From positions 1 through 64,000 of IMG/VR virus record IMGVR_UViG_3300012663_000801: a stretch of 64,000 nt of DNA, one strand, 5' to 3'. Of this stretch, positions 9,652-18,938 are shown in pieces; the first letter of the stretch is position 1; each line of letters opens with the position of its first letter. The stretch comes from a virus. The notes under the pieces were generated by a model that saw only the letters and a list, made by a program, of their open reading frames with translations, was not told the origin of the DNA and made no database searches. The position numbers and the translations under genes are program-made.

Positions 9652-11445
9652 ATGAAATCCCTCGAATTGTTTAATTGCGTCGTAGCTGAATCAAAAGGTG
9701 AATTCAAGATTCTACCTGAATATGGCACTGTCATTGAGCCATCAGCTTCTTATGCTCTGGCCGATATCGAGAAATTCTTGAAGTCCAAGAAGCTTAACAG
9801 CAAGCAATTGAATGATACTTTTCATAAGTCTTGGAAGGTCATCAAGGAATCTTCCAGAGAAGAATTGTGGATGCATCAGGTATTGCATTATCTGACCACT
9901 TATGGGACGAATTTTGAATCGTCTTTTGTTTATACTCCGAATGAAGATCTGGATATCCCACAGGTAACCACACGATTTTCGGTTATCCGTGGCTTGAAGA
10001 GGGATGAGATTATCGAAAAGGCACTTGATTTGCTTAAATCCGGTGTGGCCCTGAAGAAGGAAACCATCGATGATATCATTGAAATTCTTTCCGATTTGGA
10101 TTATGAATTCACTGGTAAGGAGTCCATCAAGAATAAGGAAGCATTGATGATCGTTTGTAAAACGGTCGGAACTGTTCCAAGCGATCCATCTGAATTCGTC
10201 CGGTATCTTATTTATCTCGCAACTGGTGAGACTCTTATCATCAAAAACGATGATACTTACAAGAAGATCAAGGGGATGACTTCCACTCAAAGACGAGATG
10301 TCGAAAAGGTATTGGCTAAATGTGATGTCGAATCCTTGGCGGAAGTGTTCAATCGTTTCAAACCAATTTTCCTGACTTTCAAGAAAGCTATTGGTCACAA
10401 ATACTCCAACATCATCAATAAGATTTCCCGTCTTAGTAAGAAGCTTCATGTTCCTATGGAGCAAAACATTCTCAATAACATTGCTTCTTGTAAGCTGGAA
10501 GAATTGCGTAGCCAAAAGGATAATCTCATCAAGAATGCAAATTTCTTTCAATTGGCGAAGTGTCTGCAATTCTTGTCACAATCGAAGAATGCCGACTGTA
10601 AGGTTTATAACATTCGAAATGGTAAATCTTGGGTTGAAGAGAAGAAGCCAAATACTCAATGGTGTGATGCGAAAATCTTGCTTCTCCACGATATCATCTT
10701 TGAAAAATTTGGTGTAAATCTGAATGGTAAGAAGATCTATATCCCCGAGGGTGTTTACTATTCTCTCCCAACATCTGAAAAGATGTTCGTCGGTAATGTT
10801 CCGATGGGTAGCATGTTCGTATCCAAGGAGGCTATCGCTATGGGAATATATTGGAAAAATTCAGGTGGTGCTTATGACTTGGATCTCTCGTCTATCGCCA
10901 ACACTAAAGTCGGATGGAATTCACGATATTCCTATGGTGATGGTGATGTCATGTTCTCTGGTGATATGACAGACGCTAGAAATGGTGCCACTGAGTATAT
11001 CAGAATGAAGAAAGCTGATGATGATTATTTGATTCTGAATAACGTTTTCAGGGGTAATGATAAGGGATCAGTATTCAATATCATTATTGGAAAGGGATCG
11101 AATATCGATAAGTCGTATATGATGGACCCGAATAAGGTTTGGTTCACAACTCAAACTGAAACCATTCAAAAGCAAACAGTCGTTGGTATGATAACCAAAT
11201 ATGGAAAGCATAACGCTGCAATCGTTCTCAACTTCTCTTCTGGTTCCTCACAGGTATCAAAGACTGGTGGTAAGAATGATATCATGCGAAAGGCACTTAT
11301 CCAACGCTGGAAGAATTGTTATCGTCTGAATGATGTCTTGGAATACTGCGGTGCAGTCTTGGTTGATTCTCCCAAGGGTTGCGATGTCGATCTGACACCT
11401 TCAAACCTTGAGAAAGACACCATCCTCAACCTGTTTAAAAACTAA
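9652..11445 (+). CDS. 597-aa protein, helical N-terminus plus TerD-like C-terminal domain (possible Ro/TROVE-related)
   Basis: YW..DLDLS..GWN..FSGDMTDA.NGATE resembles TerD; RFKPIFL helical region. Confidence 0.65.
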   Translation: MKSLELFNCVVAESKGEFKILPEYGTVIEPSASYALADIEKFLKSKKLNSKQLNDTFHKSWKVIKESSREELWMHQVLHYLTTYGTNFESSFVYTPNEDLDIPQVTTRFSVIRGLKRDEIIEKALDLLKSGVALKKETIDDIIEILSDLDYEFTGKESIKNKEALMIVCKTVGTVPSDPSEFVRYLIYLATGETLIIKNDDTYKKIKGMTSTQRRDVEKVLAKCDVESLAEVFNRFKPIFLTFKKAIGHKYSNIINKISRLSKKLHVPMEQNILNNIASCKLEELRSQKDNLIKNANFFQLAKCLQFLSQSKNADCKVYNIRNGKSWVEEKKPNTQWCDAKILLLHDIIFEKFGVNLNGKKIYIPEGVYYSLPTSEKMFVGNVPMGSMFVSKEAIAMGIYWKNSGGAYDLDLSSIANTKVGWNSRYSYGDGDVMFSGDMTDARNGATEYIRMKKADDDYLILNNVFRGNDKGSVFNIIIGKGSNIDKSYMMDPNKVWFTTQTETIQKQTVVGMITKYGKHNAAIVLNFSSGSSQVSKTGGKNDIMRKALIQRWKNCYRLNDVLEYCGAVLVDSPKGCDVDLTPSNLEKDTILNLFKN

Positions 11446-11459
11446 AATACAATCCACAC

Positions 11460-11654
11460 ATGAAAGCAAGCTACCGCAAGGTCAAGAATGGTTACTACCC
11501 TGTCATTATTTTCAACGATAAGTCGCGTATGACCCATCGAACTCTGTGTCTGACTCAGAAGTGGGCTGTCGATTTAGCCAATGTCGTCATTTCCAGCATG
11601 GAAGATCAATTGAAAACCAATAAAATCGAAGATGAGATTACCACTTGTAGTTGA
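11460..11654 (+). CDS. hypothetical protein
   Basis: repeat-led ORF. Confidence 0.6.
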   Translation: MKASYRKVKNGYYPVIIFNDKSRMTHRTLCLTQKWAVDLANVVISSMEDQLKTNKIEDEITTCS

Positions 11655-11856
11655 CATTAATCCGAGACTAATCATTGACGAAATGACTAGGCAGGAGATC
11701 CAAGATTTCATTTGTGGGATCGACATGGAAATCGCCGAAGTCAGTTTCACTGAAAAGCTGATCATTCGTTTGATCAAATCAATTGAAAGTGATTTGTCCT
11801 CTGAAGAATGGAAACCCTATCAGGAATTGCTCAAAGCAATTGAATCGACTTTTTAA
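11632..11856 (+). CDS. hypothetical protein
   Basis: ORF ending in repeat. Confidence 0.6.
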   Translation: MRLPLVVDINPRLIIDEMTRQEIQDFICGIDMEIAEVSFTEKLIIRLIKSIESDLSSEEWKPYQELLKAIESTF

Positions 11857-11877
11857 AAACTAGAATACACTCGCATC

Positions 11878-12837
11878 ATGCAACTGAACACGCTAGAAAC
11901 AAAATTTGCTAAATGCTCGTCCATCGAAATCCCTGATGCGTTCTACAATCGCATGTCAACTGGCTGCGATGAGATCGATCTGATGTTTGGAAACGAGTTC
12001 TACAAGGGCTTCATGCCCGGTAGTGCCATCACCATCACGGGCACTCCGGGTGCTGGTAAATCGTCACTTCTTTGTCAGGTTGCACAAATGCTCACTACTC
12101 AAGGCAAGCGCAGTGCAATTGCCTCTGGTGAAGAATCCCATATTCAGATTGCATACACTTGCAAGCGTTTGGGTGTAACTGATGTGGATGTTGCTCATAT
12201 CAAGGATGTTGAGGAAATCGCTGCTGCCATGCACTCTTATGATTTCATGGTGGTCGATAGCTTCCAAGCTCTTCGTTCCAACAAGAACATGAAGAAGAGG
12301 GAATTCAATCAGTATGCTCAGGATCTGCTTCTTTCTACTGCCAAGGAAACTGGATGTGTCTTGGTGTTCGTTCTACATATCACTGTCACGGGTCTCCCCA
12401 AGGGTGGCACTGATGTCATTCATGCGGTCGATGTGAACATGCGTATCACTGTCGATAAGGAAGATAATTCCATGCGCTTGATCGATGTTTACAAGAACCG
12501 TTTCGGTGATACCAAGACTCATATTGCGCTCATGTCGCCCAATGGATTCGATTTCAAGGGTCTTTATGTTCCTCCTGTGGAAGAAGCGAAGTCTAAGTCT
12601 GCCAAGGTTCCTGCCAATGAAAAGCGCAAAGAAGAGATTCTTACTATGGATGAGCCTCCCCATTTGACACTGGATCGTATCTGTGCCAATTTGGGTGTGT
12701 CGGGACAGGTTGCTGGTATCATTCTCCGTGAAATGGTCGGAGAAGGTAAGCTCCAGAAATTCGGTCGTGGAGCAAACGCTGTCTGGAAGATTGTTCAAGA
12801 GTGTAAGAAGATTAGAGAAGAAGTAACCACACACTAA
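11878..12837 (+). CDS. RadA/Sms-like RecA-family ATPase with C-terminal HTH-like region
   Basis: STG..EID, GTPGAGKS, SGEES, VVDSFQ, KNRFG. Confidence 0.85.
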   Translation: MQLNTLETKFAKCSSIEIPDAFYNRMSTGCDEIDLMFGNEFYKGFMPGSAITITGTPGAGKSSLLCQVAQMLTTQGKRSAIASGEESHIQIAYTCKRLGVTDVDVAHIKDVEEIAAAMHSYDFMVVDSFQALRSNKNMKKREFNQYAQDLLLSTAKETGCVLVFVLHITVTGLPKGGTDVIHAVDVNMRITVDKEDNSMRLIDVYKNRFGDTKTHIALMSPNGFDFKGLYVPPVEEAKSKSAKVPANEKRKEEILTMDEPPHLTLDRICANLGVSGQVAGIILREMVGEGKLQKFGRGANAVWKIVQECKKIREEVTTH

Positions 12838-13009
12838 AATGCAACACGGATATCTTATGACTAGGGAGCTTTTCAGAGATTCGAAAGGCCCGATGAATAC
12901 TGGAAAAAATATCAGATTCAAAAGCAAGAAACTATTACTCGATCCAAAAGCCAAGGAACTTTTAACAAAATACCGAAAGGGAACTATCTGGAAAGATATT
13001 TAAAAAATT

Positions 13010-14023
13010 ATGATTAGTATTTCTAAAAATTGTGATCCGAATTACTTGGCAACAATTATTCAAATAGATAATATCAAAGATCACCCAAACGCGGAAAGAT
13101 TACAAGTCGTATCCATTTTTGGTGGTGATGTGGTAATCGCTAAAAATCAATTCCAAATTGGAGATACTGCCATATATTTCCCTGTGGAGTCTTGTATCTC
13201 CCAGAAATTCCTGTCATGGGCTAACCTACTGGACAAAGCAGAACAGAATGCTGATGGCAAGACCAAGGGTTTCTTTGGATCAAATGGGCGAGTTCGTGCT
13301 ATCAAGCTCCGGGAAATTCCGAGCCAAGGATTCCTTTTCAAGGTATCCAAGCTCGCCGAATACTACGGTGTAAATCAATCCATTTTTAAATTGGGAGAAT
13401 CTTTTGATACTGTCAAGGATGATCTATTGGTTAAGAAATACATTGCAGTAGCAGGTAAGGTCGGTGTGCCGAATACACCCAAGAAGCGTGTGCCTAAGTG
13501 GCTTGAAGCATCTATTCGGGTGTTCCCTCTGCCCATTCGCAAGCATCTATACAATAGCATCAATTATTTCTATGATGGTAGCCGAAATGGTATTAGCAAG
13601 TTAATTGTGGATGGTCAGTGGCACCTGCATTATAAAACTGAGCAATTGGGCAAGAACATTTTTAAAATTAATCCTGAAGACTATATCGTGGTGTCATCAA
13701 AGTGGCACGGGTGTGTAAAGCATGATACACCAGTCGAAACATTAGAATATGGTAGTCTACCGATTAAAAAGATAGTCGATGAACGTTTACCTGTCCATGT
13801 CAAGGGTTATGATACTGAAGCCGATGAAGTGAAGTGGGTGAAAGTTGATGACTATTATTACAAAAAAAATGATGGTGAATGGTATGAAATTGAATTAGAG
13901 GATGGAAGAAAGATCACCATAACGGGAAATAATCCAGTTTGGATGCCCGATTTGAGTTGTTATAGGAAAGTCGAAAATATTAAAGTAGGTGATAATCTTT
14001 TAGTTCTAAATTGCAAAACCTGA
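13010..14023 (+). CDS. Rnl2/DRB0094-type RNA ligase N-part fused to split-intein N-fragment
   Basis: N-terminal OB-like HPNAERL...LREIPSQG; motif I SKWHG then intein CVKHDT..., block B ITGNNPV. Confidence 0.85.
   Translation: MISISKNCDPNYLATIIQIDNIKDHPNAERLQVVSIFGGDVVIAKNQFQIGDTAIYFPVESCISQKFLSWANLLDKAEQNADGKTKGFFGSNGRVRAIKLREIPSQGFLFKVSKLAEYYGVNQSIFKLGESFDTVKDDLLVKKYIAVAGKVGVPNTPKKRVPKWLEASIRVFPLPIRKHLYNSINYFYDGSRNGISKLIVDGQWHLHYKTEQLGKNIFKINPEDYIVVSSKWHGCVKHDTPVETLEYGSLPIKKIVDERLPVHVKGYDTEADEVKWVKVDDYYYKKNDGEWYEIELEDGRKITITGNNPVWMPDLSCYRKVENIKVGDNLLVLNCKT
13712..14020 (+). mobile_element. split intein N-fragment (103 aa, Cys1)
   Basis: starts at C235 directly after KWHG. Confidence 0.85.
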
Positions 14024-14053
14024 AAAATTTGTAATTTAGAACTAAATATATGC

Positions 14054-15031
14054 ATGAGGAAATTAATCTGCCCATACACAAAAAAAGTTATAAGTGAAAA
14101 AAATCAAATAGGTTCTTACATAAGACATTCATCGAAAAAATTTAATATTGATAAGGAGACTCTTAGATACAATATTTTCAAAGAAACTTATGGTGAGATA
14201 ACATGTAAAGAAAAGTTGGTAGAATATTATATCGAAAAGGAGTATTCGCTACCTTTAATGCTTCAGGAATTCGATCTACCATACAATACGACATTATTTT
14301 TATTAAAATATCATAATATCAAATCGAGAAATTCGAAAGAAGGCACTAAAATAGGAGCGAAAAGAAATAAAAAAACAAACTTAGAGAGATATGGAGTTGA
14401 TCAAACTTTCAAAGTCAAGGAATTTGACGAAAAAAGAAAAAAAACATATCGAGAAAAATATGGGGTAGAAAATCCCTTCGAAAAAGGTGTATGTATTAAA
14501 AATATTGATGAGATTTATATTAAGAAATATGGCATAGGGCACCGAGAATACAAATCAATAAAATCAAAACAAGCATGGTTGGACAGATCAGAGGAAGAAA
14601 GAGAAAAATGGTTGAACGATAGTCTCTGTTTGACTAGATCCCTTGTTAATGAATTACCAGCAGCATCGAATAGGATAAGTAAACCAGAAATTTTTATAGG
14701 AAAAATGCTGATGGAAGAGGGGTTTAATATAACTTCACAATACAAAGTTGGGCGATATGCTTTCGATTATAAGTTAAATGACTACAATATATTAGTAGAA
14801 TTTAATGGTGATATTTTCCATGCCAACCCACAAAAATACCTGAAAGATGATTACATACCTTTATTAAAAAAGAGGGCTGAAGAAATATGGGAAAGAGACG
14901 CCGCGAAAATAAAACTTGCAAAGGATAAAAACTATGACACCATAGTTATATGGGAGTCGGATATAAAAAATAAAACAGATCATCATGTCAAAGAAATAAT
15001 ATATGAAAAAATATCAAACATTAAAAATTAA
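14054..15031 (+). CDS. free-standing homing endonuclease (Vsr/PD-(D/E)xK-like)
   Basis: SKPE, FDY, VEFNGDIFH, IWESD; T(N/Y)xExYGV repeats; AT-rich; TAAATA upstream. Confidence 0.8.
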   Translation: MRKLICPYTKKVISEKNQIGSYIRHSSKKFNIDKETLRYNIFKETYGEITCKEKLVEYYIEKEYSLPLMLQEFDLPYNTTLFLLKYHNIKSRNSKEGTKIGAKRNKKTNLERYGVDQTFKVKEFDEKRKKTYREKYGVENPFEKGVCIKNIDEIYIKKYGIGHREYKSIKSKQAWLDRSEEEREKWLNDSLCLTRSLVNELPAASNRISKPEIFIGKMLMEEGFNITSQYKVGRYAFDYKLNDYNILVEFNGDIFHANPQKYLKDDYIPLLKKRAEEIWERDAAKIKLAKDKNYDTIVIWESDIKNKTDHHVKEIIYEKISNIKN

Positions 15032-15125
15032 ATCAATAAAAAAATTGGAAACAGTTTACGATAGATATGATTTGACTGTAGGCGAGACTTCTAATTTCTT
15101 TGCAAACAATGTATTAATCCATAAT
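15003..15125 (+). mobile_element. split intein C-fragment (41 aa, ends HN, +1 Thr)
   Basis: blocks F and G visible. Confidence 0.85.
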
Positions 15126-15812
15126 ACATCCGCAGTCTATGGTAACATTCTCTGTAAGAAGCCATTCAATATCTTCCGATCCATTGGTAAGAAAATTGGA
15201 TTGAATATTCTTGAAACTGAAAATAGATTTGTCTATTCATCCCGGTCTGTCTTGAAGAATCGCCGAGATGGTAAATTCACAGATGATGTTTGGGGTATCA
15301 TTGCAGAGCGTTTGAATGGTAAGATTCCCAAGAATTTCACTATCTATGGAGAAATTGTCGGCTACTCCTCCACCAATAAGATGGTTCAAAAGAATTATGA
15401 TTATGGTGTGAAGCAAGGCGAGTGTGACTTCTTCATCTATCGTATGACCGAGAATACTTACAACGGTGTTCGCGAGTGTTCTTGGGATGAAATCGAAGCC
15501 TTCTGTGTTGAAAAGGAATTGAAACATGTTCCGGTTTATTACATGGGTGTGGCCGAAAGTATGTTTGATATCCCGAATTATGGAGATGATGAGAACAAGC
15601 GCAATTGGAGAGAACAATTCCTCCAAGCTTTGAAGGAAAAGTATCTGGATAAGAAGTGTGAGTTTAATCCTAAACAAATCAACGAGGGTATCGTGATTCG
15701 TAATGAAAGCGATCCAAACAAAACAGCCTTGAAATATAAGTCCCCACTCTTTATCATAGGAGAGGGAAAACTTAGGGATGAAAATTATCAAGACATGGAA
15801 GAATTAAATTAA
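15003..15812 (+). CDS. split-intein C-fragment fused to RNA ligase C-part
   Basis: YDLTV..NFFANNVLIHN/TSA; then IYGEIVG, EGIVIR, KYKS ligase motifs. Confidence 0.85.
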   Translation: MKKYQTLKIKSIKKLETVYDRYDLTVGETSNFFANNVLIHNTSAVYGNILCKKPFNIFRSIGKKIGLNILETENRFVYSSRSVLKNRRDGKFTDDVWGIIAERLNGKIPKNFTIYGEIVGYSSTNKMVQKNYDYGVKQGECDFFIYRMTENTYNGVRECSWDEIEAFCVEKELKHVPVYYMGVAESMFDIPNYGDDENKRNWREQFLQALKEKYLDKKCEFNPKQINEGIVIRNESDPNKTALKYKSPLFIIGEGKLRDENYQDMEELN

Positions 15813-16094
15813 TTGTGGATGTTCATCGTCACTGAATTTTAAAAACTAGAATACACTGGATGCAATCAAAGAATCAAAATAAAATGACAGGACAACCCAC
15901 AGGTGAACATATCACTTCAGAGATCCAGAAAATCGATGATACGCTCTCTATTTTACGAGAGTCTTGGATGGATGCTGGCGAAGATAAGAAGGCGAAATGG
16001 ATGAAGATGATCGACGATCAACTTGACCAACGATTCAAATTGATGGGCATTCGTGATAACATGGCGTAAACCACACTGAGAATAAGAAAAGATC

Positions 16095-16337
16095 GTGAAC
16101 ACGAAACAAACACCACCATTCAGTTATACCTCTTTTTTAGGAAAAATCCTCCGTAAATGGGACTGGTGGATCTATTGTAGATCTATTCATAGCTTGCGTA
16201 GGATGACCCTCGATAATCCCGGATTTGCATATTTAATGGAACTGCAAATCCGGGAGTGGAACGAAAGGTTGTCAATCTCACAAGAGCTTCGCCACGCCAC
16301 GGAAAGCTTCCATGAGTCGATGAGGAAACATGTATAA
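16095..16337 (+). CDS. hypothetical protein
   Basis: GTG ORF in run. Confidence 0.5.
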   Translation: MNTKQTPPFSYTSFLGKILRKWDWWIYCRSIHSLRRMTLDNPGFAYLMELQIREWNERLSISQELRHATESFHESMRKHV

Positions 16338-16415
16338 TAGGGTGATGGCAGAGCGGTAATGCTCCGATCCCTTCTCGCCCCGCCAAATAAAAACTAAAAT
16401 ACAATAACGTCCAAC

Positions 16416-16841
16416 ATGAAAGAATTCACAATCATCTGGGAAGACCGCTGGAAAACAGGTAGCCACTGGCATTGTTCAACTAAAAAATCTTTTGTTCGTG
16501 CCGAAAGCATTGATCATGTGATGGAGAGCAATTTTGGTGCAGTCGCAAGATTTATTTTTGAAGGTTTCGTATGCACTTTGGGAGAAACCTTTTCTGAAGA
16601 AGATGTCGAGACGATCATCGATAATACTGTCAAGGCACCTCAATTCGACCGTAAACGCCATGGTGGACTATTCGACCGAGGTAGTGCCGATGCTTATTAT
16701 GGTCGAGCAGCATCGCCTCATTGGTATCCTCTCGGGACTGGCAAGGGTGAACGTGTCGAGAATCTGACTGAAGAAGAGATTGCTGAATACCAAGCTGGTT
16801 ACGATGATCAGGTGTCCTCTGGAGAATTCAAGCAATACTGA
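16416..16841 (+). CDS. hypothetical phage protein
   Basis: repeat-led; C-terminal RHGGLFDRGSADAYYGR segment. Confidence 0.7.
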   Translation: MKEFTIIWEDRWKTGSHWHCSTKKSFVRAESIDHVMESNFGAVARFIFEGFVCTLGETFSEEDVETIIDNTVKAPQFDRKRHGGLFDRGSADAYYGRAASPHWYPLGTGKGERVENLTEEEIAEYQAGYDDQVSSGEFKQY

Positions 16842-16883
16842 GATTAAAAACTAGCCTACAATAACGCCAACAACATAAATCAA

Positions 16884-17303
16884 ATGGACGACAATAAATA
16901 CGCTCAATACATCGAAGCACAAAAAGCATGGAGTAAACTGGTTGATCTTCAACCGGGTGACAAGGTTAAGGTCTTGTATGCTGTTGAAGATCATAAAGAT
17001 GGCTGGAGCAATAGCTGGGTGAGTTCTATGACTGACGAAGTTGGTAAAGTGCTGACTGTTGTTCGTGTCGAAGGTGGTAGTGGTATCAGACTCAAGGATA
17101 GTAAAGATGGGTTGGGTCTTTCTTATCCATTCTTTGTTCTTCAAAAGGTGGAGAATCCTTTGCCTGAACCTATCAGGATTTCCGATAGCTACAAAGCGGA
17201 ATTCAAGAAAGATGGTAGTATCAAGGTCGGCTGTCAGGATATTTCTTACGACCTTCTGAAACAAATCTACGAAACCGCTACTAGCGTTATTTCTAACAAG
17301 TAA
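16884..17303 (+). CDS. hypothetical protein, IKVGCQ family 1
   Basis: shares KDG(S)IKVGCQ C-terminal module with next gene. Confidence 0.75.
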   Translation: MDDNKYAQYIEAQKAWSKLVDLQPGDKVKVLYAVEDHKDGWSNSWVSSMTDEVGKVLTVVRVEGGSGIRLKDSKDGLGLSYPFFVLQKVENPLPEPIRISDSYKAEFKKDGSIKVGCQDISYDLLKQIYETATSVISNK

Positions 17304-17321
17304 TCAAACACCACTACAAAC

Positions 17322-17891
17322 ATGAAAGATACAATCAAAATCGGTGATACTGTTGTCCGTCGAGTAAGTGATCGAGTCGATTGGTGGAACAATTCTTGTA
17401 ATAAACATAAATTGCCTGTGGATGGACATTATGTTGTCGTTGGATTTAGTGACAGCGGAGGTCTTAGACTACAAGGATTTCATAGTGATTATTCATTCAC
17501 GGAAACTTGTTTCGATGTGGTCGAACTTACACCTGAGCAAGAATACAAAGAAGCCAAGAAACTAATTGGCAAGACTGTCGTTGTTAAGAATGAACCTTCG
17601 GTTAAAATTAAAGTTACCAGTATTGTTTATCGTATGGGTGATGATGCCGATGATCTTTCATTTGCTTGCCAAGACTATCTCAAAAAACATGGTTATCTTA
17701 TTGCTGTGCGAGGTGGCTTATACAGTCGTCCATTCCTTGAGATTGAGGAAGTGACCTCTGATATCAACGTCAAACTCAACGATAACCACGATGCTATCGT
17801 CACTAAGGACGGTATCAAGGTTGGATGCCAAACATTCTCTCACGACGTCGTAGACAAGCTCAAGAGAGCAATCGAACAAATCAACAAGTAA
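17322..17891 (+). CDS. hypothetical protein, IKVGCQ family 2
   Basis: C-terminal module shared with upstream gene. Confidence 0.75.
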   Translation: MKDTIKIGDTVVRRVSDRVDWWNNSCNKHKLPVDGHYVVVGFSDSGGLRLQGFHSDYSFTETCFDVVELTPEQEYKEAKKLIGKTVVVKNEPSVKIKVTSIVYRMGDDADDLSFACQDYLKKHGYLIAVRGGLYSRPFLEIEEVTSDINVKLNDNHDAIVTKDGIKVGCQTFSHDVVDKLKRAIEQINK

Positions 17892-18211
17892 ATATGAAAA
17901 ATCCTCTCGGTCTATTTTTCTCCATCCTTTGGCTTCTCACTATGATTGGATCACTAGCGTTTAGCTGCTGGATTATCTATGTGATCTTCCATTTCGTAGG
18001 CAAATACTGGTAAAAACTAAAATACAATACGCATATGGCAAACAAGAATACACGACAGGCCCGCAAAGCAGGCTTCGCAAGCAAGGACGATCAGAACAAC
18101 AATGGCACCCGTATTTTCAAGGGTAAGGCTTGTGACACTGATTGGGATGCTCCCGAGAGCAGACACAGGAAGCGCAAGGACTATCGGCGCATCAAGCCTG
18201 AGTAAATAGCT

Positions 18212-18398
18212 TTTCGCTTCGGCAGTATCAAAACAATCCAGCAACTCCCTCTACTATATTTACTTAGCATGGAGACTGGTGGGATCGAGACATGGAGCCT
18301 TCGGGTGCGCGGAAAAAGTTAGTAATAACAGGCATTAATTCCATCATCCTGAAACTCGGATATTGAAAAGGTAGCGGACGAACCGTTCCGAAGCGAAA
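18212..18398 (+). ncRNA. candidate structured RNA (~187 nt)
   Basis: 11-bp terminal complement TTTCGCTTCGG/CCGAAGCGAAA enclosing an intergenic region. Confidence 0.4.
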
Positions 18399-18418
18399 TT
18401 AATTTTAAAATAATAACC

Positions 18419-18637
18419 ATGGATCTTGAAATTTACAGAGAAATTAAAATTTTCCCAGATACACATCATGGTTTCTCGATTGAGGATTTCCGTAAGGATG
18501 TGGGAGGACAAGGCATTACGATTGAGTCCTTTGATTTTGTCAAAGGTCATAAACAAAATGTCACTGGAATCTATACTGATAAAAAGACTGCTGTTGCAAT
18601 TGCAAAAGCTATTTTAGAATTGTGCGAAGATGTTTAA
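18419..18637 (+). CDS. hypothetical protein
   Basis: ORF in run. Confidence 0.6.
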   Translation: MDLEIYREIKIFPDTHHGFSIEDFRKDVGGQGITIESFDFVKGHKQNVTGIYTDKKTAVAIAKAILELCEDV

Positions 18638-18932
18638 ATTACCTTACATTATCTTAGGTCTTTTCCTATTCCTGATTGGAATGGCAATGTCATCGGGATT
18701 CTTTTCTTTGGGATTGGCTCTCATTGGTTGTTTCATTCTTTCGAGAATCATGGCATTGGATCACGGTGTTCCGGCTTTTTTCATCATCGGTATCGTTATT
18801 TTTGGATTCGGTTTTTTTATGCTGGCACCACTTCTACAAGAAATTGGGTTGGATAGGGGAACATCTAATATCTCACGACTGGTGTTTACCTTGGCTTCCG
18901 GTATCTTCACATGGTTATCAGTAGCAAAATAA
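18630..18932 (+). CDS. membrane protein
   Basis: 3-4 hydrophobic segments. Confidence 0.7.
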   Translation: MFKLPYIILGLFLFLIGMAMSSGFFSLGLALIGCFILSRIMALDHGVPAFFIIGIVIFGFGFFMLAPLLQEIGLDRGTSNISRLVFTLASGIFTWLSVAK

Positions 18933-18938
18933 AATAAT

